This document shows positions 6,986-14,637 of a stretch of 46,871 bases of DNA, piece by piece. The stretch spans positions 1-46,871 of the forward strand of contig JACRGL010000111.1 in NCBI GenBank assembly GCA_016212365.1. The letters are read 5' to 3'. The notes below the pieces were generated by a model. It did not search any database and was not told the origin of the DNA. It saw only the letters and a list, made by a program, of their open reading frames with translations. The position numbers were made by a program, and so were the translations under genes. Source of the stretch: Candidatus Methylomirabilota bacterium (lineage in GTDB: Bacteria; Methylomirabilota; Methylomirabilia; Methylomirabilales; JACRGL01). The stretch's first letter is position 1; each line of letters starts with the position of its first letter.

Positions 6986-8176
6986 ATGACCCAGCCACTG
7001 GAAGGGATTAGAGTAATAGATTTATCCCGCATTCTGGCAGGACCTTTCTGCTCCATGGTATTGGGGGATCTGGGGGCGGAGGTAATCAAGATCGAACAAC
7101 CCGGCACCGGCGATGACACCAGAGGCTGGGGGCCTCCTTTTATCGATGGGGAGAGCGCCTACTTCCTCTGCATAAACCGGAATAAAAAGAGCCTCACATT
7201 AAACCTGAAGCACGATAAGGGGAAGCGGATCCTCAAAGATTTAGTGAAAAAGGCGGATGTCCTCTTGGAGAATTTCAGGCCCGGGGGTATGGAGGAGTTT
7301 GGCCTGGGTTATGAGGTGCTCAGGGAAATCAATCCCCGTTTAATCTACTGTTCCATTACCGGGTTTGGCTCTACCGGTCCGTATAAAGACAAGGCCGGGT
7401 ATGACGTAATCGTCTCCGCCGTGGGCGGCCTGATGAGCATAACGGGAGAGCCTGGGGGAAGGCCGGTTAAGGTGGGGGTGGCCGTCACCGATATCATGAC
7501 AGGGTTATTTGCACAAGGGGCAATTGCAGCCGCCCTAATTGCCAGGGAAAGGACCGGAAAGGGACAGAAGATTGAGCTGTCCCTGTTGGAAACCCAGGTG
7601 GCCACATTGATAAACATTGGCTCTAGCTATCTACTGGCCGGCGAGATCCCACAGAAATGGGGAAGCGGCCACGCCTCTATCGTCCCCTACCAGGCATTCC
7701 AGGCGAGAGACGACTATCTCATTATAGGTGTGGGAAATGACCGGCTCTGGAGAAAATTCTGCGAGGTCACCGGCCTGGAGGACCTTACCGACGATCCCCG
7801 CTTCGCCACTAACCCTCAAAGGGTAAAGAACCGGGAGGTCCTTGTGGAAATTATAGAGGAGAGGCTAAGGACCAGGACAGTGGCCGAATGGCTCCAGGCC
7901 CTGGACGAGGTGGGGATCCCTTGTGGGCCCATCAACACCATCGATAAGGTCTTCCAGGACCCTCAAGTGCTGCACCTCGGGATGGTGGCAGAAATGGCAC
8001 ATCCCACCCTTGGGGTAATAAAGATGGCCGGAATACCGGTCAAATATTCGGAAACGCCGGCCCTTATTAAAAGCCACCCGCCCCTCTTGGGCGAGCATAC
8101 AGGGGAGGTCCTCAGGGGTATCCTGGGTTACGGGGAAGGGGGGATCGCTAAGCTAAGGGAAGAAGGGGTGATTTGA
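6986..8176 (+). CDS. Family III CoA-transferase (CaiB/BaiF type)
   Basis: Start moved to ATG 6986 (MTQPLEGIRVIDLSRILAGPFCSMVLGDLGAEVIKIE), with RBS AAGGGGG upstream. The N-terminal GxRVxDLSxxxAGP pattern and length (396 aa) are typical. The 79-aa upstream extension in the ORF track is AT-rich spacer. Confidence 0.92.
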   Translation: MTQPLEGIRVIDLSRILAGPFCSMVLGDLGAEVIKIEQPGTGDDTRGWGPPFIDGESAYFLCINRNKKSLTLNLKHDKGKRILKDLVKKADVLLENFRPGGMEEFGLGYEVLREINPRLIYCSITGFGSTGPYKDKAGYDVIVSAVGGLMSITGEPGGRPVKVGVAVTDIMTGLFAQGAIAAALIARERTGKGQKIELSLLETQVATLINIGSSYLLAGEIPQKWGSGHASIVPYQAFQARDDYLIIGVGNDRLWRKFCEVTGLEDLTDDPRFATNPQRVKNREVLVEIIEERLRTRTVAEWLQALDEVGIPCGPINTIDKVFQDPQVLHLGMVAEMAHPTLGVIKMAGIPVKYSETPALIKSHPPLLGEHTGEVLRGILGYGEGGIAKLREEGVI

Positions 8177-8190
8177 GCTAAAGAGCGATT

Positions 8191-9171
8191 CTATACAAAA
8201 TACCTGACCCGGACCTTCTTGTATTCCTTGATGCTCCAGAGAAGGGCATAGTCAGAGATCCCCGTTTTCTCGGAGATAGCCTTGAGGACGGCAAGGCACT
8301 CCTCTTTGGTTCGGCCGTGGACCATGGTAAAGAGGTTATAGGGCCAATCAGGGTAGGTAGGCCGCTGGTAGCAGTGGCTCACCCCAGCGAACGTGGCCAT
8401 GATAGCCCCCACCTGGGGCACCTGCCCCTCAGGTACCCTCCAGACCCCCATTACGTTAACGGAAAAGCCCGCCTTTTGATGGCGCAGCACGGCTGCAAAG
8501 CGGCGCATAAGCCCCTGGCTCTGGAAGGAGCAAGCCTTTTCTAAAAGTTCTTCCTCGGAAATGTCTAACTTTTCGGCCAACTTCTGGAAGGGACGAGTCT
8601 CCAGGCCCAGGTCCTGCTGGAGACCTCGGACGATCTCGATCTCCCCGGATGAGAGGGGCCTTGCCGGGGCCTCCTGGAACCTTCGAGGATGAACTTCATT
8701 AGAGGCCGCAGGGTCCTGCTCCCCGGTCATGTCGAAGCTCACACCAACCTTGAAGGTTCGTATGGCAGGAAGGAGCAAGGTCCTCTCGGCCTTGGCCCTC
8801 CTTTCCAGGTCTTTCACTGTGGACTCCAAATCTTCGGTAGGCGGGATGGTCAAGGTAAACCACAGATTGAGGGCATGGTCACGCTGGTAGTTGTGGCTCA
8901 CCCCGGGGTGCTGGCTTATAACCTCGCTGGCCTTGTCAATCCGGGCAGGATCCACCCCCATGGCCACCAGGGTACTCTTATAACCCAGGGCCCGGGAATC
9001 AAAGATGGCGCTTATCTGGCGAATAATCCCTTGGTTTTTGAGGCGCTGCGTCCTCTCGAGGACCTCCCCTTCTGAAATTCCCAGCTCCTCACCCAGGGCC
9101 CGAAAGGGCTCAGGCACTAGGGGAAAGTGATCCTGGAGGAGGTTCAGGAGTCGCTTGTCAATTACGTCCAT
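8191..9171 (-). CDS. Fused siroheme decarboxylase-like protein (AhbA/AhbB or NirD/NirL type, two Lrp/AsnC-like halves)
   Basis: 326 aa built as two tandem repeats of the same architecture. The halves are DKRLLNLLQDHFPLVPEPFRALGEELGISEGEVLERTQRLKNQGIIR...HPGVSHNYQR...LWFTL and IEIVRGLQQDLGLETRPFQKLAEKLDISEEELLEKACSFQSQGLMRR...FAGVSHCYQRP...LFTMVH. Confidence 0.85.
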   Translation of the reverse strand: MDVIDKRLLNLLQDHFPLVPEPFRALGEELGISEGEVLERTQRLKNQGIIRQISAIFDSRALGYKSTLVAMGVDPARIDKASEVISQHPGVSHNYQRDHALNLWFTLTIPPTEDLESTVKDLERRAKAERTLLLPAIRTFKVGVSFDMTGEQDPAASNEVHPRRFQEAPARPLSSGEIEIVRGLQQDLGLETRPFQKLAEKLDISEEELLEKACSFQSQGLMRRFAAVLRHQKAGFSVNVMGVWRVPEGQVPQVGAIMATFAGVSHCYQRPTYPDWPYNLFTMVHGRTKEECLAVLKAISEKTGISDYALLWSIKEYKKVRVRYFV

Positions 9172-9229
9172 TTATCCCTTAATAATGCCCAGTCATTACA
9201 ACATTCTAAGATGACAAAGGCTATTCCGC

Positions 9230-9511
9230 CTACTTCCCCTCCAGGGCGGCGATGATCTCACGGCAGAAGGCCGGAAGATCGGTGGGCACCCGGGAGGTTA
9301 TCAGATTCCCGTCCCGGACCACCTCCTTATCCACGTAGAGGGCGCCAGCGTTGACCAAATCGTCCTTGATGGACTGAAAGCAGGTAGCGTTTTTCCCCTT
9401 CACGATCCCTGCCGAACACAGCATCCAGCCGGCATGGCAGATGGCGGCTATCACCTTTCCCTGCTCGAAGGCCTCCCTCACCAGCTTCACCATAGCAGGG
9501 TAGCGCCGCAT
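9230..9511 (-). pseudogene. DJ-1/PfpI family gene lacking its N-terminal half (5'-truncated)
   Basis: The 93 aa correspond only to the C-terminal half of a PfpI-type protein (...GKVIAAICHAGWMLCSAGIVKGKNATCF...VVRDGNLITSRVPTDLPAF). The open frame runs straight back to the TAA (9527-9529) that terminates the upstream repressor gene. Confidence 0.75.
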
Positions 9512-9526
9512 GAGGTCAGGAATGAA

Positions 9527-10180
9527 TTACCTTGGCTTGATCCAGACTATCTTATGGATGACCTCCACCTCCTCTTTCTTAAAGGTCAGGGGCTCATACA
9601 AAGGATTGAAGGACTGGAGGGTCACCAAGTCCCCATAATTGAAAATGACCTTTCGCACCCATACCCGGTCATCCCGATGGCGTACTACTGCAAGGTCATG
9701 GGACTTGGCTACCTCTGCCGGAGAGGCAATCACTAAATCCCCCTCGAATAGCCTATGTATCATGGAATCCCCTTCTATCTTTAAGGCATAAGCGAATACA
9801 TCTCTGAGATTGGGGTGCCTTTCAATGAAACCCTCCGCATGGGCATGGCTTTTGCCGTAGCCAGCCATAGATGCCGGGAGGATTGGGATAGGCTCCAGGC
9901 CTGGCCATTCCAGTTTCTCTAGCTGGTTCTTGGGGATTACAATCAGACGCTCCCTCTCCTCGGGAGACATCCTCTCCTGCTGGGCCAGAAAGATGAGCCG
10001 GTTTTCGTCCAGATCCAATGTCCTGGCCAACTCCTTAGTAACCTTTAGGGATGGTATCCTAAAACTGTTCTCTATGGCCGTCACATAGGTAGAAGACACC
10101 CCCACCATTCTGCTCAATTCCGCCTGGGTCAAGGATTTACGCCGCCTGGCCCCCTTCACTAGCTCTCCTAACCTCTCCAT
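9527..10180 (-). CDS. CI/LexA-like repressor: XRE-family HTH plus S24 peptidase domain
   Basis: 217 aa. N-terminal HTH is LTQAELSRMVGVSSTYVTAIENSFRIPS. The C-terminal S24 domain has the Ser motif IEGDSMIHRLFEGDLV and the Lys motif RVWVRKVIF, with a possible Ala-Gly cleavage site in SMAGYG. GC content is lower than in the flanking genes. Confidence 0.9.
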   Translation of the reverse strand: MERLGELVKGARRRKSLTQAELSRMVGVSSTYVTAIENSFRIPSLKVTKELARTLDLDENRLIFLAQQERMSPEERERLIVIPKNQLEKLEWPGLEPIPILPASMAGYGKSHAHAEGFIERHPNLRDVFAYALKIEGDSMIHRLFEGDLVIASPAEVAKSHDLAVVRHRDDRVWVRKVIFNYGDLVTLQSFNPLYEPLTFKKEEVEVIHKIVWIKPR

Positions 10181-10211
10181 CCCTCATCCCCCCTTTCCTT
10201 GCACTGGAACC

Positions 10212-10240
10212 TTTTTATAAAAAAATGGGCATGGTGTCAA
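10212..10240 (-). promoter_or_regulatory. Candidate promoter of the repressor gene
   Basis: On the minus strand, TTGACA (10240-10235), a 16-17-nt spacer, then ATAAAA/TAAAAA (10219-10212). It is about 30 nt upstream of the repressor ATG and back-to-back with the plus-strand promoter. Confidence 0.45.
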
Positions 10241-10254
10241 GAAGAATCTTTACA
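10235..10254. promoter_or_regulatory. Imperfect 20-bp palindrome, candidate operator
   Basis: TGTCAAGAAGAATCTTTACA: the half-sites TGTCAAGAA and TGTAAAGAT match at 7 of 9 positions. It overlaps the -35 of the minus-strand promoter, and a further TTTACA lies at 10276-10281 next to the -35 of the plus-strand promoter. Confidence 0.3.
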
Positions 10255-10269
10255 AATTAGAGTTTTTTC

Positions 10270-10298
10270 TTGACATTTACACACAAGTGAGTTATATT
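10270..10298 (+). promoter_or_regulatory. Strong sigma70-type promoter driving the small-ORF operon
   Basis: TTGACA at 10270-10275, an exact 17-nt spacer, then TATATT at 10293-10298. It is divergent from the repressor gene. Confidence 0.65.
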
Positions 10299-10319
10299 CC
10301 AACTGGAGAAACGAAAAGC

Positions 10320-10412
10320 ATGGCTAACTTAAAAATTGCCAAAGACGGAATAGCCCAAGAAGAAGGCTTCTCTTCACTTATAGATGGGGAGACCGATGGA
10401 AAATTTAAATAA
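10320..10412 (+). CDS. Possible 30-aa leader ORF (MANLKIAKDGIAQEEGFSSLIDGETDGKFK)
   Basis: This is the first ATG after the promoter, with GGAGA 10 nt upstream. It overlaps the next ORF in another frame, and no similarity was recognised. Confidence 0.2.
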   Translation: MANLKIAKDGIAQEEGFSSLIDGETDGKFK

Positions 10413-10722
10413 AAGCAAAAAAACCTTTACAATTGAGCTTGATGGGGGAACACTTAGGGTGCTGAAAGATGGCGTTGAAGAACCGCAAGTCGCTTGCTTT
10501 TTTGGTTACATGAGAAAAGACGGCGATATAATGGTGCTGACGCCTTGGCCCATAGGGCATGCTCTTGCCCCCATTATGTCGGCAATATTCCTCAAAGAAC
10601 CCGCCCTCTTGCATTTGCTCTTTGATTTTTTTCTCGATTTGGCCAGGGAGGATTTTGAGCGCTGGAGAGCCGAGAAATTAAAGCAGAAAAGCGGCGTTGG
10701 GGGTTATGGTTTCTACTTCTAA
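10396..10722 (+). CDS. Hypothetical protein (108 aa), no recognisable family
   Basis: Open frame with an ATG at 10396 preceded by GGGGAG; the track ORF starts at 10384. The region is low in GC. The C-terminus is an aromatic/glycine tail, GVGGYGFYF. Confidence 0.5.
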   Translation: MENLNKSKKTFTIELDGGTLRVLKDGVEEPQVACFFGYMRKDGDIMVLTPWPIGHALAPIMSAIFLKEPALLHLLFDFFLDLAREDFERWRAEKLKQKSGVGGYGFYF

Positions 10723-10728
10723 GCTATA

Positions 10729-11097
10729 ATGAGACGGACCTTTCATGAGCTCTTAAAAAAGGAGATCCCCTATCCCACCCACCTCTACCTGGTTAAAGGG
10801 AGGCCGGAGCATAGGGAGTGCGGGAGGCTATGCCTCTTTAGAAATCGCCAGGGCAGTTGGTACTTCGAGATATACCTCTGGCTCCCCAATATCTATGAAT
10901 TTACTAAAAAGGTGGGAATCCCTCTAAGGGTGGGGATTAAATTTGTGCTCTGGCACGAGATTTACCACGCCAAACTCTTCCATAATGGAGGATTTCTTAT
11001 TCCTCTTAATTGCTACCCAGAGCAGTATGCCAAAGCTGCGGCTCTAAACCACGTCCCTCTTGAGTACCGAGACAAGGTGACCCAGTGGAGCTTCTAA
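10729..11097 (+). CDS. Small HExxH protein (122 aa), putative minimal zinc metallopeptidase (SprT/ImmA-like pattern)
   Basis: It starts 4 nt after the previous ORF's stop codon. The motif is GIKFVLWHEIYHAKLFHNGG (HExxH plus a downstream His), preceded by ECGRLCLFRNRQGSWYFEIYL, which resembles the strand-rich region upstream of the SprT-type active-site helix. Confidence 0.5.
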   Translation: MRRTFHELLKKEIPYPTHLYLVKGRPEHRECGRLCLFRNRQGSWYFEIYLWLPNIYEFTKKVGIPLRVGIKFVLWHEIYHAKLFHNGGFLIPLNCYPEQYAKAAALNHVPLEYRDKVTQWSF

Positions 11098-11188
11098 GGC
11101 AGGATATAGCCTCTCGCCTCAAGGCCCTCGCCCTTGGGAATCGCCCTCGCTCCCGTCCCCATTTAGTTCCCCAACGCCCTGAGGCCCT

Positions 11189-11983
11189 CTATGGCCTTAC
11201 AGGATGAGAGGCCAGAAGGCCCTGGAGGAGGTCAGGGCGGTCAGTAACGATCCCTTCCACCCCTAGGTCTATAAGGCGCCTCATCTCATGAATATCATTC
11301 ACTGTCCAGAGGTAGAGGCCAAGCCTCTCCTTATGGCAGGACTCAACGTCGGCCTTTGTAAGGAGGGAGTGCTCTAGGCATACGGCGTTGGCTCTAGCCC
11401 CTTGAGCTACGGTAACCAGGTCCCGGACACGTCGGGCCAATAAGACCCCAATCCTGGTCCGAAGCTCGAGCTCTTTCACCCGCAAAAGGGCCTGCCGGTC
11501 AAAGGAGGTCACCAGGGCCTGGTCAACAAAGGAGTGCCTTTTAAGCAGCTCCACTAGCCTCTCTTCCAGGCCAGGATAGGTATCAGGGCCGGCCTTGACC
11601 TCGATGTTGAGCTGGGCCTTCCCTTTCACCAGCTCGATGGCCTCCTCCAGGGTTGGGATCCTGGTCCCGGCGAAGGAAGAGGAGAACCAGAAGCCAGCAT
11701 CCAGAGCCTTGAGCTCCCGGAGGCTCTTCTTCCCTACCCTGCCCCGCCCGTCGGTGGTGCGCCCCAGGGTGGCGTCGTGAATGACCACCAGTTCCCCATC
11801 CCTGCTCATGTGGACATCGAGCTCGATCATGTCCACGCCGAGCTCCAGGGCCCGGCTAAAGGCGGGGAGCGTATTCTCAGGGGCCTGGACCGAGGCCCCC
11901 CTATGGGCTATATTGAGCACCTGTATACCATCCGCATCACCTTCATAACCGGCGGATTTAGGACTGGTAAGTGCCTTCGCCAT
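11189..11983 (-). CDS. Glycerophosphodiester phosphodiesterase (GDPD family)
   Basis: 264 aa, with IAHRGASVQAPENTLPAFSRALELGVDMIELDVHMSRDGELVVIHDATLGRTTDG, the canonical GDPD N-terminal catalytic motifs. The start overlaps the comM stop (TAATG). Confidence 0.92.
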   Translation of the reverse strand: MAKALTSPKSAGYEGDADGIQVLNIAHRGASVQAPENTLPAFSRALELGVDMIELDVHMSRDGELVVIHDATLGRTTDGRGRVGKKSLRELKALDAGFWFSSSFAGTRIPTLEEAIELVKGKAQLNIEVKAGPDTYPGLEERLVELLKRHSFVDQALVTSFDRQALLRVKELELRTRIGVLLARRVRDLVTVAQGARANAVCLEHSLLTKADVESCHKERLGLYLWTVNDIHEMRRLIDLGVEGIVTDRPDLLQGLLASHPVRP

Positions 11984-13515
11984 TACCGCCCCAATTCCCT
12001 GTCCAGGCTCCTATACTGGATGGCCTCGGCCAAGTGCTCGGGCCGGATACCGTCGCTACCCTCCAGGTCAGCTATGGTACGGGACACCTTCAAGATGCGG
12101 TCATAGGCCCTGGCGGATAAGCCGAGCCGCTCCATGGCCATTTCCAGCAGGCGTTTTCCCTCCTCATCCAGCTGGCAGTATTTCTTTAGATGTTTCGGAC
12201 CCATGTGGGCATTGGCATAGATCCTGGTCTTCTTAAAGCGCTCCTGTTGAATGAACCGTGCCTGCTTGACCCGCTCCCGGACTGCCGCCGAGGGCTCCCC
12301 GCTGGCCTCCCCCGCCATCTCCCGGTATTTCAGGGCCGGAACCTCGATGTGCAAGTCGATCCGGTCCAGGAGAGGACCGGATATCCGGGACCGGTAGCGC
12401 TGGATCTCGGCAGGTGTGCAGCGGCACTCGTGCCTGGGATCGGTGAGGTAGCCGCAGGGGCAGGGGTTCATAGCCGCGGTCAGCATGAAGCAAGCGGGAT
12501 AGGTGAGGGAGGTGAGGGCCCGGGAGATGGTAACCTGGCCATCCTCCAGGGGCTGCCTCAGGACTTCGAGGACATGGCGATGGAACTCGGGGAGTTCATC
12601 GAGGAAAAGGACCCCGTGGTTGGCCAGGCTTACCTCCCCGGGCCTTGGGATGTGGCCTCCCCCGATGAGGCCGGCATCGGAGATAGTATGGTGGGGGGAC
12701 CGAAAGGGCCTTGTAGCAAGCAGGGCAGTCCGGCTGGGCAGGAGGCCCGCGATGCTCCAAATTTTGGTGGTGGTGATGGCCTCCTCCAAGGAGAGGTTGG
12801 GGAGGATGGTGGGAATCCTCTTAGCCAGCATGGTCTTGCCTGAGCCAGGGGGTCCGATAAGGAGGATATTATGGGCCCCAGCCGCTGCCACCTCCAGGGC
12901 CCGCTTTACGTGGGCCTGGCCCTTCACGTCGGCCAGATCTATGGCGTATTGGGAAGCCTCGGCAAAGGCGGCCCCTAGGTCTATCTGAGCAGGTTCTATA
13001 GACAGCTCTCGGTTCAGGAAGCCTACGGTTTGAGCCAGGGTCTCTATCCCGTAGACCTTTATCCCTTCCACCGCCGCCGCCTCCAGGGCATTGTCAGCAG
13101 GGACCAGGATCCCTTCAATGTTTGCCTCCTTAGCAGCTACAGCCATAGGGAGGGCACCCCGGACAGGCCGGACTCCTCCATCCAAGGAAAGCTCCCCCAG
13201 GAGGACGTGGCTCTTTAATTTCTCAGGCCTCACGAAGCCCAGGGCGGCTAGAACCCCAATAGCTATGGGTAGATCGAAGGCCGGCCCCTCCTTCTTGATG
13301 TCGGCCGGGGCCAGATTGACGGTGATCCTCTTGGGAGGGAATTCAAAACCCGCATTATTGATGGCTGCCTTGACCCGGTCTTTGCTTTCTTTAACGGCCA
13401 CATCGGGAAGGCCCACGGTAGCGAAGGAGGGGAGGCCTGGGCTAATGTCCACCTCCACTTCTACGGTATAGGCATCGATCCCTAGAACGGCACTGGAAAG
13501 GACCTGGGATAGCAT
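11983..13515 (-). CDS. comM: YifB/ComM family Mg-chelatase-like AAA+ ATPase
   Basis: 510 aa. N-terminal Lon-protease-like domain ([40 protein letters not shown]), Walker [12 protein letters not shown], Walker [11 protein letters not shown]. Confidence 0.95.
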   Translation of the reverse strand: MLSQVLSSAVLGIDAYTVEVEVDISPGLPSFATVGLPDVAVKESKDRVKAAINNAGFEFPPKRITVNLAPADIKKEGPAFDLPIAIGVLAALGFVRPEKLKSHVLLGELSLDGGVRPVRGALPMAVAAKEANIEGILVPADNALEAAAVEGIKVYGIETLAQTVGFLNRELSIEPAQIDLGAAFAEASQYAIDLADVKGQAHVKRALEVAAAGAHNILLIGPPGSGKTMLAKRIPTILPNLSLEEAITTTKIWSIAGLLPSRTALLATRPFRSPHHTISDAGLIGGGHIPRPGEVSLANHGVLFLDELPEFHRHVLEVLRQPLEDGQVTISRALTSLTYPACFMLTAAMNPCPCGYLTDPRHECRCTPAEIQRYRSRISGPLLDRIDLHIEVPALKYREMAGEASGEPSAAVRERVKQARFIQQERFKKTRIYANAHMGPKHLKKYCQLDEEGKRLLEMAMERLGLSARAYDRILKVSRTIADLEGSDGIRPEHLAEAIQYRSLDRELGR

Positions 13516-13567
13516 TCAAGCCCCGCTTAGATCACGGTTCACAGATTAGGGAAAGATTTACTTCGTC

Positions 13568-13993
13568 TCACAACAACTTAGAAGGCCCCACGATGGCAGA
13601 GCAGACGTTGGAGAGTTCCGTTATAAGGACCACCAGGATGTCATCTACCGAAACTATTCCTACCACCCTGCCCTTCCCATCCACGATGGGGAGGCGCCGG
13701 ATGCGGGCCTCGGCCATAGCTCGGGCCGCCCTTAAAAGGATCTCGTCCTCTTTCGCTACGACCACATTGGGGGTCATAACCTGCTTCAACCTCGTGGCCT
13801 TGGGATCGAGCCCCCTTGCCAACACCGATACCACGATGTCCCTGTCGGTGAGGATGCCAAGGGGTCTCTTTTCTTCGTCCAAGACCAGGATACACCCTAC
13901 CCCCCTCTCCCTCATAAACTTCGCAGCCTTGGCCACTTTATCCTCTGGCCGGAGCGCTACCACCTTCTTATTCATAATGCTACTCATCCTCAT
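13568..13993 (-). CDS. CBS domain pair protein
   Basis: Start taken at ATG 13993 (MRMSSIMNKKVVAL), with RBS GGGGAGGG 6 nt upstream. There are two CBS repeats (...GVGCILVLDEEKRPLGILTDRDIV... and ...IRRLPIVDGKGRVVGIVSVDDIL...). Confidence 0.85.
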   Translation of the reverse strand: MRMSSIMNKKVVALRPEDKVAKAAKFMRERGVGCILVLDEEKRPLGILTDRDIVVSVLARGLDPKATRLKQVMTPNVVVAKEDEILLRAARAMAEARIRRLPIVDGKGRVVGIVSVDDILVVLITELSNVCSAIVGPSKLL

Positions 13994-14214
13994 CCACGGC
14001 CCTCCCCTTTCCCATGTCAAGACTTCCCTTTATTGCCGCCGCTGTTTATCGCGGCTTTTCCAATAGGACGCTACTACCGGAAGTTTTGACCTAAGTATCA
14101 CGATTCATGGCCTTATGTCAATGATTTTGGAGGCCTAGAGGGCTTAGCAATAGCGGAGGGGCTAGCGATCTTCTCGTTGGTCTCGCGAAGGCGCTGAGAG
14201 GCGTCTTACAGGCA

Positions 14215-14601
14215 TCAAAAGGTGCGGATCCCGTCTTTGGGAAAGGCATTTTTAATAAGCTCCACCTTTATCTCCCCGCCTTCAAGGCTGGGGCTCACCG
14301 CCACCACGTCGAAGCGGCAATCGACCTGACCAAGCCCTTTCTCCGCCAGGTAAAACTCGGCCACTCTGGCTATTTGGCGCTGTTTATGGAGATTCACTGA
14401 AGACTGTGGAGGGCCGAAATCCCTAGAGCCCTTGGTCCTCACCTCAATAAAGACCAAGGTATCTCCCTGATGAGCGATGAGATCGATTTCCCCCAGACGG
14501 CAGGAATAGTTTTCTTCTAGGATCCGGTAGCCCTGGCGGCGGAGGTAATCCCTGGCCACCCTCTCCCCTTTTTCTCCCAGGTTCCGGCGATTCCTCCCCA
14601 T
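14215..14601 (-). CDS. yraN: YraN family (UPF0102) endonuclease-like protein
   Basis: 128 aa, with GEKGERVARDYLRRQGYRILEENYSCRLGEIDLIAHQGDTLVFIEVRTK, the restriction-endonuclease-like D...E.K core typical of YraN. Confidence 0.9.
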   Translation of the reverse strand: MGRNRRNLGEKGERVARDYLRRQGYRILEENYSCRLGEIDLIAHQGDTLVFIEVRTKGSRDFGPPQSSVNLHKQRQIARVAEFYLAEKGLGQVDCRFDVVAVSPSLEGGEIKVELIKNAFPKDGIRTF

Positions 14602-14605
14602 ACAT

Positions 14606-14637
14606 CAGTCCCCGGTCCTCAGTCGTCAGTCCTCAGT
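14606..14637. repeat. Tandem heptanucleotide repeat (CAGTCCT consensus, about 4.5 units)
   Basis: CAGTCCC CGGTCCT CAGTCGT CAGTCCT CAGT. It spans the rnhB stop codon and the rnhB-yraN spacer. Confidence 0.6.

Noticed and set aside
9512-9529. The repressor ORF and the PfpI fragment are in the same frame, separated by a single TAA. Considered a read-through fusion protein.
   Set aside because: Sharing a frame has a one-in-three chance. There is no known recoding signal, and the PfpI part lacks half its fold. Insertion-truncation is the simpler explanation.
11098-11188. Searched the right edge of the island for the missing PfpI N-terminus and for direct repeats (att-like) matching the left junction.
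   Set aside because: There is only a vague minus-strand peptide (MGTGARAIPKGEGLEARGYIL) and short GCCCTCGC repeats. Nothing is convincing, and 90 nt is too short to hold the missing half.
13764-13775. Exact 12-mer CATTGGGGGTCA (the tandem unit next to the RAYT-like gene) inside the CBS-domain gene.
   Set aside because: It encodes conserved-looking residues (VMTPNV) in frame, with no hairpin partner nearby. It is unlikely by chance, but cannot be called a REP copy without genome-wide statistics. It is mentioned under the RAYT finding only.
14606-14637. Considered whether the short tandem repeats or the palindromes could be a degenerate CRISPR array.
   Set aside because: The repeat units are 7 nt with no spacers, and the palindromic elements are single and dispersed. 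No cas genes are present in the window.
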